A stretch of DNA of 62,100 nucleotides, counting the filler. It is 4 parts of 4 records of this genome, joined end to end, with 100 filler letters (N's around TTAATTAATTAA, not from the genome) between each part and the next. Parts side by side here need not be neighbours in the genome. Positions count along the whole stretch, not along the records: positions 32,130 to 41,254 come from SRR20825006_1043; positions 41,355 to 62,100 come from SRR20825006_1045; 2 more parts are not named here. One strand, written 5' to 3'. The notes below the pieces were generated by a model that had not been told where the DNA came from, ran no database searches, and saw only the letters and a list, made by a program, of their open reading frames with translations. This document shows positions 32,030 to 42,032 of the stretch, one piece after another; position 1 is the first letter of the stretch, and every line of letters starts with the position of its first letter. The position numbers and the translations under genes were made by a program.

Positions 32030-32129
32030 NNNNNNNNNNNNNNNNNNNNNNNNNNNNNNNNNNNNNNNNNNNNTTAATTAATTAANNNNNNNNNNNNNNN
32101 NNNNNNNNNNNNNNNNNNNNNNNNNNNNN
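32030..32129. other. Artificial contig linker
   Basis: 44 N + TTAATTAATTAA + 44 N; abrupt GC drop after it. Confidence 0.99.
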
Positions 32130-33192
32130 TTTCTCTACTCAAGATCACGCTGCCGCTGCAATCGCCGCTGCTGGAATTCCTGTGTATGCCTGGAAAGGTA
32201 TGAACGAAAAGGAATTTGACTGGTGCATTGAGCAAACCTTGTTTTTTGGCGAGGACAGAAAGCCTTTGAACATGATTTTGGACGATGGTGGCGACCTTAC
32301 CAATATGGTGTTGGACCAATATCCAGAACTGGCAGGAGGTGTTAAAGGATTGTCAGAAGAAACCACCACAGGGGTTCACCGCTTGTACGAAAGAATGAAA
32401 AAAGGAACACTTCCGATGCCCGCCATTAACGTGAACGATTCTGTGACCAAATCCAAGTTTGATAATAAATATGGATGTCGCGAAAGTGCCGTGGATGCCA
32501 TCCGTAGGGCCACTGACACCATGTTGGCCGGTAAACGCGTAGTGGTTGCAGGTTATGGCGATGTTGGAAAAGGTACGGCTGCATCTTTCCGTGGTGCAGG
32601 ATCTATTGTGACCGTTACCGAAATCGACCCGATTTGTGCCCTACAAGCCTGTATGGACGGTTTTGAAGTGAAAAAACTGGAAACCGTTGTATCCAATGCC
32701 GATATCGTGATAACCACAACAGGCAACAAAGATATTATTCGAGAGGAGCATTTCCGTGCTTTAAAAGACAAGGCCATTGTCTGCAACATTGGACATTTTG
32801 ACAATGAAATAGATATGGCTTGGTTGAACGGTACATATGGAAATACCAAGAATGAAATAAAACCTCAAGTGGACAAATATACGATTGACGGGAAAGATGT
32901 CATCATTTTGGCAGAAGGTAGACTGGTAAACCTTGGTTGTGCCACTGGACATCCAAGTTTTGTAATGAGCAACTCGTTTACCAACCAGACCTTGGCGCAA
33001 ATTGAGCTTTGGAACCACAATGACAAATATGCAAATGAAGTGTACATGCTTCCGAAGCATTTAGACGAAAAAGTGGCCAAACTGCACTTGTCTCGTCTGG
33101 GTGCCGAGTTAACAGAGCTTAACGAAGAACAAGCTGAATATATTGGTGTAACCGTAGAAGGTCCTTTTAAACCTGAATACTATCGATACTAA
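32130..33192 (+). CDS. ahcY: Adenosylhomocysteinase (5' truncated)
   Basis: [58 protein letters not shown]. Confidence 0.98.
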
Positions 33193-33212
33193 ACACCAAA
33201 GGATTAAAAAGC

Positions 33213-33243
33213 AAAAACCCATGGCAAACACCATGGGTTTTTT
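33213..33243. terminator. Bidirectional rho-independent terminator
   Basis: AAAAACCCATGG-CAAACA-CCATGGGTTTTT between convergent genes. Confidence 0.88.
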
Positions 33244-33259
33244 ATTGAGAAAAATTTTA

Positions 33260-33838
33260 TTAATCTGCCAATAGGGTCTCTCCATAGTAGCAGGTCTTGT
33301 TTTCTTCCAACAAGGCCAGACCTTCTTCCCTTGTGCTATTTGGGTCGATTTTTATTTCTTCACCATTGGGCATGTAAACAATGTAGAATCCTTCTTCAAA
33401 AGAGGAAAGTTTAATGATCTCACCGTTAGGACGAACGGCATTCCAAGATTTTTCACCCGGTTTGTACACCAAATCGATTTTCTTTCCTTTTTTTGGGCCT
33501 TCCACCACGGTTACCTGAATTCTGTTCTTGGTGGCGATCATTTCAAAAGTGTTGCCATCGTGCTCCACCATTTGGGTTTCCGACTCTCCATCTTTCATGG
33601 CTATCGGGTTAGATCCGGACCAAAATTCGATTACGTTGAAGATAAGGGTATCTCCCAAGAAAAAAAGTGGATATACCGGCACAATGTTCAATCCCCAAAA
33701 AATGAGGTTGTCCAAAAACCTACTATCCGTTAATCCTTGGTTCCAATCTTTCAAATTATTGAAGGCGCTAAAAGAACCTAAGCAACTGGTAAACAAAATA
33801 GAGCAGGCCAATAGTGAAGAAATAATAACTTTTTTCAT
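33260..33838 (-). CDS. DUF3332 family lipoprotein
   Basis: Lipobox LFTSC; CLGSF..F, WN, PVY....GD.LIFNVIEFWSGSNP. Confidence 0.8.
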   Translation of the reverse strand: MKKVIISSLLACSILFTSCLGSFSAFNNLKDWNQGLTDSRFLDNLIFWGLNIVPVYPLFFLGDTLIFNVIEFWSGSNPIAMKDGESETQMVEHDGNTFEMIATKNRIQVTVVEGPKKGKKIDLVYKPGEKSWNAVRPNGEIIKLSSFEEGFYIVYMPNGEEIKIDPNSTREEGLALLEENKTCYYGETLLAD

Positions 33839-33996
33839 GATATAAGATTTATAGTTAATGCTATTGAAGGTACAAAAGATTTTGATTTTAGGTTTTCTAG
33901 AATCTCATTTCGACACATTTAATTGATCCGCCGGCAAAAAAATTACTAGGCATCAAATCTTGATTCTTACCTTTATTGGTTCAAAAGAGGAATGTT

Positions 33997-35109
33997 ATGA
34001 ATGACCATTGGTACGACATTAAAAATATTGAAACGGTTGATTCTCCATCCATCGCTCTATACCTGGAACATCTCAAGTTCAACATTGAGGAGATGGTCTC
34101 GATGGTACATGGGCAAACGGATAGGTTGATGCCGCACATCAAGACCAACAAAATGCCGCGGGTCATGAAGCTTTTACTGGAGTCGGGAATCTCAAAATTC
34201 AAGGCTTCCACTATTTCTGAAGCAGAGATTGCTGCAGAGGCAGGGGCCACTGCTGTTCTTATTGCGCATCAGTTGGTGGGACCAAAGTTGGATCGTTTTC
34301 TACGTTTGATGGAACACTACCCAAATACAGCGTTTTCAACTTTAGTGGACAACGTGGACAGTGCGGAACTTTTGAACCAAAAAGCCGAGGAAACAGAACT
34401 TATTGCCAACATTTATATTGATATCAACAATGGAATGGACCGGTCCGGAATCCAAATTGGTCCAAGACTGGACGAGCTCATCAACTATTTAAAAATATGC
34501 AAATCGCTCAACTTTAAAGGGCTGCACGCGTACGATGGCCACCTAAGGGATTCAGATTTTGAGGTGCGCAACCAAAAGATAGAACAAGGGGTGATGGATG
34601 TAGTGGTTTATTTTGATGCACTAAGGATAGATTACCCCCAAGCTCAATTGATATGTGGAGGAACACCATCATTCACATCTCATTTGCTCCAAGAAAACAG
34701 AATCACCAGCCCTGGTACCTGTGTGCTTTGGGATTGGGGATATGGTGAAAAATTGACGGAACAAAATTTCAAACATGCCGCACTATTGGTTACACGAATC
34801 ATTTCCAAACCCACCGAAGGGATTATAACCGTAGATTTGGGGCATAAATCGGTGGCGGCCGAAAATCCTATTGACAAGCGCGTTAAGTTCCTCAACATTG
34901 ATGACTACGAACTGCTTTCACAAAGTGAGGAACACGGGGTGATCAAAGTAAAGGATTGGGACAAATACAAAGTTGGTGATGTCCTGTACGGCATTCCGTA
35001 TCATATTTGCCCCAGTATCAATCTTCATGATGAAGTTTCGGTTATAGAGAACGGCAAAAAAGTGGATACCTGGGAAATTACCGCCCGTAAACGAAAACTA
35101 AGGTTTTAA
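33997..35109 (+). CDS. D-threonine aldolase / D-serine dehydratase (DSD1) family PLP-dependent enzyme
   Basis: PHIKTNK PLP lysine, DRSG, YDGH, GGTP, SEEHG, PYHICP metal ligands. Confidence 0.88.
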   Translation: MNDHWYDIKNIETVDSPSIALYLEHLKFNIEEMVSMVHGQTDRLMPHIKTNKMPRVMKLLLESGISKFKASTISEAEIAAEAGATAVLIAHQLVGPKLDRFLRLMEHYPNTAFSTLVDNVDSAELLNQKAEETELIANIYIDINNGMDRSGIQIGPRLDELINYLKICKSLNFKGLHAYDGHLRDSDFEVRNQKIEQGVMDVVVYFDALRIDYPQAQLICGGTPSFTSHLLQENRITSPGTCVLWDWGYGEKLTEQNFKHAALLVTRIISKPTEGIITVDLGHKSVAAENPIDKRVKFLNIDDYELLSQSEEHGVIKVKDWDKYKVGDVLYGIPYHICPSINLHDEVSVIENGKKVDTWEITARKRKLRF

Positions 35110-36120
35110 GTCCAGCGCCTTTTTCAGGTCGTAGAAATAAAAGTTTTTTTCATCGTTCATGGCGGCGAAAAGACCATTTGGGAACGTATCGTTCAATGGC
35201 ACAGTGACCACATCGCAACCATCGGTTTCCAAGGTAGATAGGTTTACGGCTTTTACAAAACTATTGTCCTTTCGGGAGAATATATTGAACTGTCCGCGCT
35301 GTTGATCGGAAACTATGATGTACCCTTCTCCGTTGGCATATCTGGCAATGGCAATACCTTCTATATCCTCCAAGAACAGTTCACCACCGAAACAGGCCAA
35401 TTCTTCATTGCCCATACTTGGTTCAGCATAATATTTTTTTACGCATTCACCTTCATCGGAATAGTATACATAGCCCATTTCGTTGTCCACAGCTATGGCC
35501 TCGATTTCCTTTCCTCCTGTAAAACTTCCGAATTTACGAACCAAAGTAGACGACACACCTGTGCTGTCCGATCCCAGTTTATATTGATACAAATACGAAC
35601 CACTTGGTCCTATCTTTCTGCCGACAATCGCATATAGGGATGAATCCTTTGGAGATTTGTACAGACTAATTCCCATGGCCAAACGTTGTTCCACGTCGGT
35701 TTCATCTTCAAATACGGGAAAACCACCACCATCGAGCGGTTTCATGTCGGGCACGGAGAACAATCTGATCTGTTGTTTTTCCCGTTCGGTAAAAGCGATT
35801 ACATCAACGGCAACGGAATCGTTCAGCTGAAACCCATATTCCAAATCTACATTGTTGGGTCTTTGGATGTTTTTGATGGATTTCTCCTCAATGATCTTAC
35901 CATCAAGGTCAAAGGCATAAACACCGCCGTTGGTCTCTTTATCGGTTCCGAACACAATACTTTTGGATGCATCGTCCGGATTGATCCAAATAGCGGGATC
36001 ATCGGTGTCGTTCGGCGTTTTTTCTGTGATTATATCTGGGGCAATAGCTGGCAGTTTGCTTCCTTGATTGCACGAGGTTAATGCAACAGCAGCTATAATT
36101 GGTATAAATATTTTTCTCAT
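35098..36120 (-). CDS. Beta-propeller phytase, lipoprotein
   Basis: Lipobox ALTSC; DTDDPAIW, GTDK, RPNNVD, EIEAIAVD, DIEGI, ETDGC, FPNGLF. Confidence 0.92.
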   Translation of the reverse strand: MRKIFIPIIAAVALTSCNQGSKLPAIAPDIITEKTPNDTDDPAIWINPDDASKSIVFGTDKETNGGVYAFDLDGKIIEEKSIKNIQRPNNVDLEYGFQLNDSVAVDVIAFTEREKQQIRLFSVPDMKPLDGGGFPVFEDETDVEQRLAMGISLYKSPKDSSLYAIVGRKIGPSGSYLYQYKLGSDSTGVSSTLVRKFGSFTGGKEIEAIAVDNEMGYVYYSDEGECVKKYYAEPSMGNEELACFGGELFLEDIEGIAIARYANGEGYIIVSDQQRGQFNIFSRKDNSFVKAVNLSTLETDGCDVVTVPLNDTFPNGLFAAMNDEKNFYFYDLKKALDLKP

Positions 36121-36150
36121 ATTGATAATTAAGATAGGAAATGCCAGTCC

Positions 36151-36180
36151 CAAGCGCCTACCCTTATTGGCAGGCACTTG
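36151..36180 (-). other. Intergenic stem-loop between TonB receptor and phytase
   Basis: Minus strand CAAGTGCCTGCC-AATAAG-GGTAGGCGCTTG; 12 bp with two G-U pairs; no U-tract. Confidence 0.55.
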
Positions 36181-36213
36181 TTGTGACACCGTATATAAAT
36201 ATACTACCTGAAA

Positions 36214-39117
36214 TTATTTTCTAAACAAATCGTACTTTAAACCAAAGGTGAATCTTACGCTGTAAAATTCTGCTTGTTGAGTTCTTTCCTTTACGCTTTG
36301 GAAATAGCGCAGAGGCTGGTTCGTAATATTGTTCACATCGGTATAGATTCTCAAATTGTTGGTGATGGCGTAGCTGGCATTAAAATCCAAGAAAAACTGG
36401 GTATCATAATACCTGTCCTCAAAAGCATTGCCTCCTATTTCATCGATATAAGAATCCGAGAAGTTAGCGGATAGCCTGGCGCTGAACCTTTTATCGGCAT
36501 AGCCCAAAGAGCCATTGAACATATTTGGAGAGGTGTTTGGCAAATCCAAATCGGTACGTTCGTCACCATCTTCGTTGCGAATACCGTCCGCACTTGAAGA
36601 CAAGTAGGTGTAGTTTAAATAGATGCTAAAGTTCCTGGCAAAACCGGGCAAGAAGTCCAACTGTCTCTGGAACGATACCTCAGCTCCAAAAATGGAAGCA
36701 GAATCGCCGTTCAATGGCTGGAACACATCATAACCCGTAGTTCCGGAACCGAATGAATCATCTTCTGCTTCGGTAATGTAAGTGTAGATAAAATCGTTTA
36801 TTCTTTTATAAAACAATCCACCTGATACAATTCCAACACTTTCAAAGTAGTGCTCGGCGTTCAAATCAAAGTTCATTGAGGTAGTTGGATCCAATTCCGG
36901 ATTACCTACGATAACCTCCTCGTCCTCGTTTACGATTTCCGACCTTGGAATAAGGTCCACGTAATTTGGGCGGGCCAAAGTATTTGTCCATGCAAATCGT
37001 AAAACAGTGCTGTTGTCCAAGTCATATTTAAAGTGAATGCCCGGCAATACATTGGTATACGAATTCTCGTCCGAAACCCCTTCAACCTCTATACTTTCTT
37101 CGATTCCTGCATCTTCGTCTTCCTCAATATAAACTACTCTGTTTCCTTCGGAGTCAAGTTTAGTATTCTCCACTCTAACACCTGCAAGTACGCTCAATTT
37201 GTCGGAAAGTTTTTGGTTGAACATTAAATAAGCCGCCAGAACGTTCTCCTTTACCTCGAAATTCCCAGGAAGGTACTCGTCCGGCAAAGCTTCGCCATTT
37301 GTACTATTCAAGTCGAGTGTTCCCAACCATTCTTCGCTGGCAAAGTTTCCGGCTTGGAACTTCTCTCCTGCCAAGTAATCTGGATCCGTGTAATTTTTTA
37401 CGGGAACTGCGCCCAACGTTGGGTACAAATCCTCCAAATCATATTCGAAGAAATCGTTGTTTCTCAATTTGGTCTTAAAACGACCTCTTGCTCCAAATTT
37501 GATAAATCCATCTCCCTGACCAAAAATATCGGCCGGCAACTCAAAGTTTGCAAAGAAGTTAATGTCTTCTTCTTCCGTATACTGATTTTCATTGGTAATC
37601 TCATCAAACTCAAAGTTATCCAAGTTATTAAAGTCACTTGGATCTGCGGCCGTCATTATGGGATACTTTGGGTAGCTGTTATCGTTGTTGATGATATATT
37701 CGGCTGCATAGGCGGCGTAACGCTCGTTCAAACGTTCTTCGGATGCTTTGGCATAAGCTCCCATCCAATCAAACTTTAGATTTCCAAAAAGATGGTCACC
37801 GCCCAAAGTGTAATTCTGCATACGCTGGTCCTCCAACCTACGGTTTTTGTTTCTTCCCCCTGCAATTCCACCTTTGGATTCGCGCACGGCCTCAATTGGA
37901 AAACGTGTAGGAACTCCATTGGTTATGATAAAATCTCCTTCTTCTATATCCTCGCCGTCCAATATCTCTTGGGCAAATGCAAATCGGTTCTCACGATCGT
38001 CTCTCCAGTTGTACATCGTTTTTAGGTAGATGTTGTTGGCAGCATTGATCTGATAATCAAAATTGGCAGAAAAACTTCTTCTTACTCTTTGCACCAAATA
38101 GGTGCGTTGCTCGGTAACATTGGTATACGGATTTACATCCATTTCTTCAAGAATAGGCTCGCCTTCTTCATCTTCGACCCCCGTATTGTATTCAAACTCG
38201 TTGTCCCACTCGGCTTCAATATTATCGGAACCAAAGTCGTTATCGTTGATTGTTGCGGAGAACATGTAACCAAACTTTCCATCATTGGTACGGTCTCCCA
38301 CCAAAATGGACCCGTTCCAGATCCGCTTGTCGGTAATAAAATTTACCCCAGAACCAGCTGTAGCAGAAAGCCTAAAACCTTGTGGTGCCGTCCTGGTCAC
38401 CAAGTTTACGGAACCACCCAATGCATCACCGTCCATATCAGGGGTAACCGCCTTGTTTACTTCAATGGTCTGAATCATGTCCGAAGGAATAAGGTCCATT
38501 TGAACATTTCTGTTATCGGATTCTGCAGAAGGAATCCTGCTTCCGTTCAAGGTAACGGAGTTTAACTGTGGAGAAAGACCACGTACGATAATGTTACGCG
38601 CCTCTCCCTGATCTACCTGCATGGTAATGCCCGGAATACGCTTAACAGCATCACCAATGTTAGCATCGGGGAATTTTCCAATCTGGTCGGTAGAGACCAC
38701 GTTGGTGATGTTCATATTATTTCTCTGCGTATTCAATGCTTTGGATTGTCCACTAAGTCCGTAAGCACTCACCTGAACTTCATCCAATTCCATATTCGAG
38801 GATTGAAGCGTAATACTCACAGGGGTGGTTTGTCCCGCACTCACACTTACTTCCTGCTCAACATCGGAGTAACCCATATAGGTTATCCTTAAGGTATAGC
38901 TCCCTTCGGGAATGCCCACCAAAGTAAATTTTCCATCAAAATTGGAAATGGCTCCTTTTACCAAGGATTCGATATACACATTGGCACCGGGAACATAGAT
39001 ACCGTTCTCATCGGTAATCGTACCCTGAATATTTCCTGATTGTGCTTGGCCCATTGCAGTTCCGAGCACCATAAACAGCGTTACGGAAAGTAGTTTTTTT
39101 AGGTTCATCAATTTCAT
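36214..39117 (-). CDS. TonB-dependent receptor (non-SusC type, phytase-associated)
   Basis: Signal peptide, carboxypeptidase-regulatory-like N-domain, plug (IGKFPDANIGDAVKRIPG; GDALGGSVNL), C-terminal beta-strand FTFGLKYDLF. Confidence 0.93.
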   Translation of the reverse strand: MKLMNLKKLLSVTLFMVLGTAMGQAQSGNIQGTITDENGIYVPGANVYIESLVKGAISNFDGKFTLVGIPEGSYTLRITYMGYSDVEQEVSVSAGQTTPVSITLQSSNMELDEVQVSAYGLSGQSKALNTQRNNMNITNVVSTDQIGKFPDANIGDAVKRIPGITMQVDQGEARNIIVRGLSPQLNSVTLNGSRIPSAESDNRNVQMDLIPSDMIQTIEVNKAVTPDMDGDALGGSVNLVTRTAPQGFRLSATAGSGVNFITDKRIWNGSILVGDRTNDGKFGYMFSATINDNDFGSDNIEAEWDNEFEYNTGVEDEEGEPILEEMDVNPYTNVTEQRTYLVQRVRRSFSANFDYQINAANNIYLKTMYNWRDDRENRFAFAQEILDGEDIEEGDFIITNGVPTRFPIEAVRESKGGIAGGRNKNRRLEDQRMQNYTLGGDHLFGNLKFDWMGAYAKASEERLNERYAAYAAEYIINNDNSYPKYPIMTAADPSDFNNLDNFEFDEITNENQYTEEEDINFFANFELPADIFGQGDGFIKFGARGRFKTKLRNNDFFEYDLEDLYPTLGAVPVKNYTDPDYLAGEKFQAGNFASEEWLGTLDLNSTNGEALPDEYLPGNFEVKENVLAAYLMFNQKLSDKLSVLAGVRVENTKLDSEGNRVVYIEEDEDAGIEESIEVEGVSDENSYTNVLPGIHFKYDLDNSTVLRFAWTNTLARPNYVDLIPRSEIVNEDEEVIVGNPELDPTTSMNFDLNAEHYFESVGIVSGGLFYKRINDFIYTYITEAEDDSFGSGTTGYDVFQPLNGDSASIFGAEVSFQRQLDFLPGFARNFSIYLNYTYLSSSADGIRNEDGDERTDLDLPNTSPNMFNGSLGYADKRFSARLSANFSDSYIDEIGGNAFEDRYYDTQFFLDFNASYAITNNLRIYTDVNNITNQPLRYFQSVKERTQQAEFYSVRFTFGLKYDLFRK

Positions 39118-39141
39118 TTTGGTTTACGTTAGAATGCTTTC

Positions 39142-39149
39142 CAAAACTA
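39142..39149 (-). promoter_or_regulatory. Bacteroidetes -7 promoter element for the TonB receptor-phytase operon
   Basis: Minus strand TAGTTTTG matches TAnnTTTG, 24 nt upstream of the ATG. Confidence 0.65.
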
Positions 39150-39180
39150 TGTATATCAACTCTTTATGATTTAAATTAAA

Positions 39181-39260
39181 GGGAAACAAAAAGGAAACAA
39201 AAGTGAAAATCGATAGAAACAATAGGGCAACAATTACGGTTTTTTTACATTGGGGTAACC
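39181..39260. promoter_or_regulatory. Phased 11-bp direct-repeat arrays (candidate regulator sites)
   Basis: GAAACAA-like units at 39183, 39194, 39205, 39216, 39227; TTAC/TTAC/TAAC at 39234, 39245, 39256. Confidence 0.6.
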
Positions 39261-39288
39261 TTTTTTAAAAAAGAAAGGCGATAAGCTC

Positions 39289-40878
39289 TTAAAGTTCAAT
39301 CATAAAGTTGACCAACTCTTCTTTTTGGTCAATGGGCAACTTTTTTCTCAATCGATAACGGGCCACTCTAACGCTATCTGGCGTCACCCGCAATATGGAT
39401 GCTATTTCCTTTGAAGATAGATTTAGACGCAACAACATTCCCAATCGTAATTCTGCCGGGGATAATGAATCCTCCGAAAGCATCGAAAGTTTCTTGATAA
39501 ACTCTGGGTGGATCTCCTTAAAAAAAGTCATAAACTCGTCCCATTCCTGTTCCTGTTTTAGATTAAAATCTATCTCGTTGACCAGTTCCTTTATTTTGTC
39601 CGAAGTATTCATATGTTTTCGTGAGACCATATTCCGAAGCGTGTTGGACATATCGAGCAAAATCTTGTTCTTTTGGGAGAGGTGTAGGCTATATCGCGAT
39701 AAAGAGGCTGCTTTTAACTGCACTTCGCGCTGTAAGTTTTGTTCCTCAATGGCTTTTTTGTCCAACTCTGCCTTGAGCATACGGTGTTTATACTCCTGAA
39801 TCTTCAACGTAGCCTTCCGCTTTCTGCCCATATAGTAAAAGAGAATTATAAAAATAACGGCTATGGCGAATAGTGCAACCCAAAGCAAATTCTGATTGGC
39901 AACACTTACCTTGTTCTGCTCCTTCAATAGTTGAATCTCTGCTTCCTTCTTATTGGTCTCATAAATGGTTTGCAGCACGTTCAATTGGTCATAATTTTGA
40001 GACCGTAGCATTTCACTGCTATATGCTTCAGCAAGAAGCAGATGCTCGTGAGCCTTTTCAAAATTGCCCATGAGGGCGTAGTTCTTGGAAAGGTCCTTGT
40101 GTGCACTCTCCAATTGATGTAGGTCGTTCAACTCTTTAGCGAGATTCAAGGCTTTGGTTGTATGTTCCAACCCTGATTGATAATCACCTCTTTTTCGAAA
40201 TGAATCACCAAGGTTGTTCAGCACATTGATTTCTTCTGTAGTTCGTGAACCTTGGAGATGGTCATAGGCCTTTTTGAAGTATTCGTACGCCAGCTCAAAT
40301 TCCTCCAAATCTTCATAAACACTTCCAATGTTTTCATTGGTAATAGCAACACCAAAGTCATCATTCTGCTTCTGAAATAAATCCAGACTACGCCTTTGGT
40401 CTTGGAGGGCTTCGTCATATTCGGATTGTTTTTCGTGGCTCGCTCCCAACAAACCTAGTGAAGTGGCCAAACCTTTATCATCTTTGAGTTGTTCTGATGC
40501 TTTTTTGGTTTCCTCAAAATATTGTTCGGCCAATTCAAAATTGTTCAATGAAAGATATACTTTACCAATATTATTGTTGAGTGTGATGTACAGAGAATCC
40601 TCCAAATTGGACCCTAACTGTTCCAATGCAGAATTGTATTGCGCTATGGCTTCGGTATATAGGCCGAGTGTGTGATAGTACTCACCCAATTGAAGATAGG
40701 CTTGGGCGATTTGAGCCGGATTTTCGGGATGCTTTTTTACAATCTCCAATTGACTTTGAAGTGCATTGTAAGTATCCGTAGTTTTTCTATTCGTTATAGG
40801 TACATTGGTCTGTTGTCCCGAACCGCCCATCGGGATCAATAAACTGAACAAAAAAACAAAACCAAAAACATTTTTCAT
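39289..40878 (-). CDS. Transmembrane one-component regulator: periplasmic TPR repeats, TM helix, coiled coil, LuxR-type HTH
   Basis: Signal peptide; TPR motifs (NNIGKVY, ENIGSVY, NNLGDSF); TM LLWVALFAIAVIFIILFYY; LSPAELRL..SSKEIASIL..SVRVARYRLRKKL. Confidence 0.88.
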   Translation of the reverse strand: MKNVFGFVFLFSLLIPMGGSGQQTNVPITNRKTTDTYNALQSQLEIVKKHPENPAQIAQAYLQLGEYYHTLGLYTEAIAQYNSALEQLGSNLEDSLYITLNNNIGKVYLSLNNFELAEQYFEETKKASEQLKDDKGLATSLGLLGASHEKQSEYDEALQDQRRSLDLFQKQNDDFGVAITNENIGSVYEDLEEFELAYEYFKKAYDHLQGSRTTEEINVLNNLGDSFRKRGDYQSGLEHTTKALNLAKELNDLHQLESAHKDLSKNYALMGNFEKAHEHLLLAEAYSSEMLRSQNYDQLNVLQTIYETNKKEAEIQLLKEQNKVSVANQNLLWVALFAIAVIFIILFYYMGRKRKATLKIQEYKHRMLKAELDKKAIEEQNLQREVQLKAASLSRYSLHLSQKNKILLDMSNTLRNMVSRKHMNTSDKIKELVNEIDFNLKQEQEWDEFMTFFKEIHPEFIKKLSMLSEDSLSPAELRLGMLLRLNLSSKEIASILRVTPDSVRVARYRLRKKLPIDQKEELVNFMIEL

Positions 40879-40975
40879 GGTGGGTTATTGAGCAAAAAGC
40901 AAAAGTTCAAGTACGCTTTTGATCCTCACTCCAACATCACCATTGGGTTAATAAACCATTAAAAATTGAGGCAAT

Positions 40976-41003
40976 AAAAAAGGCCCTGCAAATGCAGGAC
41001 CTT
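40976..41003 (-). terminator. Rho-independent terminator of rpmA
   Basis: Minus strand AAGGTCCTGC-ATTT-GCAGGGCC followed by TTTTTT. Confidence 0.85.
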
Positions 41004-41029
41004 TCCGTATTAACTTTTATAAATCGCTG

Positions 41030-41254
41030 TTATGCTTCAAAAGGTTCGATGGAAACATAAGATTTACCACCAACTTTCTTTTCAAACTTAACCACACCAT
41101 CTACCTTGGCATGCAAAGTATGGTCTTTTCCAGCGTATACGTTTTCGCCAGGATTGTGCTTGGTACCACGTTGTCTTACAATAATGTTACCAGCTGTTGC
41201 CGCCTGACCTCCAAAAATCTTAACCCCTAAGCGTTTCGATTCTGATTCTCTACC
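41030..41254 (-). CDS. rpmA: 50S ribosomal protein L27 (5' truncated; absent from the ORF track)
   Basis: Manual translation [74 protein letters not shown]. Confidence 0.97.
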   Translation of the reverse strand, partial: GRESESKRLGVKIFGGQAATAGNIIVRQRGTKHNPGENVYAGKDHTLHAKVDGVVKFEKKVGGKSYVSIEPFEA

Positions 41255-41354
41255 NNNNNNNNNNNNNNNNNNNNNNNNNNNNNNNNNNNNNNNNNNNNTT
41301 AATTAATTAANNNNNNNNNNNNNNNNNNNNNNNNNNNNNNNNNNNNNNNNNNNN
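41255..41354. other. Artificial contig linker
   Basis: 44 N + TTAATTAATTAA + 44 N; abrupt GC rise after it. Confidence 0.99.
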
Positions 41355-41935
41355 AGCGACAGGCCCAGCGCATCCGCCAGATCCTGTTGCCGGAACGGCA
41401 ACGGCATCACATGATCGCGCGCCAATCCCAAGGCCTGCCCGCGCAGCATGATCTTGCACAGGGCCCAGGCTATCGCCTCGTAGGCTGTCCGCTGTCCGAC
41501 CGACGTCAGCGCCTCGCCCAGAAAATGCTCTTCTGCGGCGGCCATCCAGGTCAGGTCAAAGGCCCGCTCGGGGTGGGACTTTAGGAAACTCCAGAATTCA
41601 CTGCGGTCGAAGACGCACAATGTCATCGGCGACGTGGCCTCGACCGAATGTTGCATCTCGCCCATGATACCGGCCTGAAGGCCGATGAAATCACCCGGAA
41701 ATACAAAATTGATCACCTGCCGATTTCCGTTCTCCAGTGTCTTGTAACGCAAGCCCATACCGCGCAGCGCTGTATAAAGCTGTGGGCTGTTCGACCCTTC
41801 CATCAGCAAAGGCGTGCCTGGGTTTACCTCAAGCTCGCCCACTTTGAACTTCTGCATATAGCGAATTTCGTCGTCATTCAGGTCAACGAACACGTCACTG
41901 CGTTGCAGCGGGCAGTTCGCGCATTTGGTCGCCAT
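41355..41935 (-). CDS. Crp/Fnr family transcriptional regulator (3' truncated)
   Basis: N-terminal CANCP; GNRQVINFVFPGDFIG effector domain; GQRTAYE; QQDLADALGLS start of HTH. Confidence 0.92.
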
Positions 41936-41971
41936 ATTCCGAAAAACCTTTTTAAAGCTATGTCATAGTTT

Positions 41972-41996
41972 AATGCGCGACACTGAAGAATGTTCC
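41972..41996 (-). promoter_or_regulatory. EcfG-type promoter for the Crp/Fnr gene
   Basis: Minus strand GGAAC-N16-CATT. Confidence 0.6.
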
Positions 41997-42032
41997 ATAT
42001 AGAAGATCTGTCACGAATTTAGGGGACAGTGA

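Noticed and set aside
32030..41354. Low-GC block as a horizontally acquired island
   Set aside because: Bounded by artificial linkers and contains core genes (ahcY, rpmA) of a different organism.
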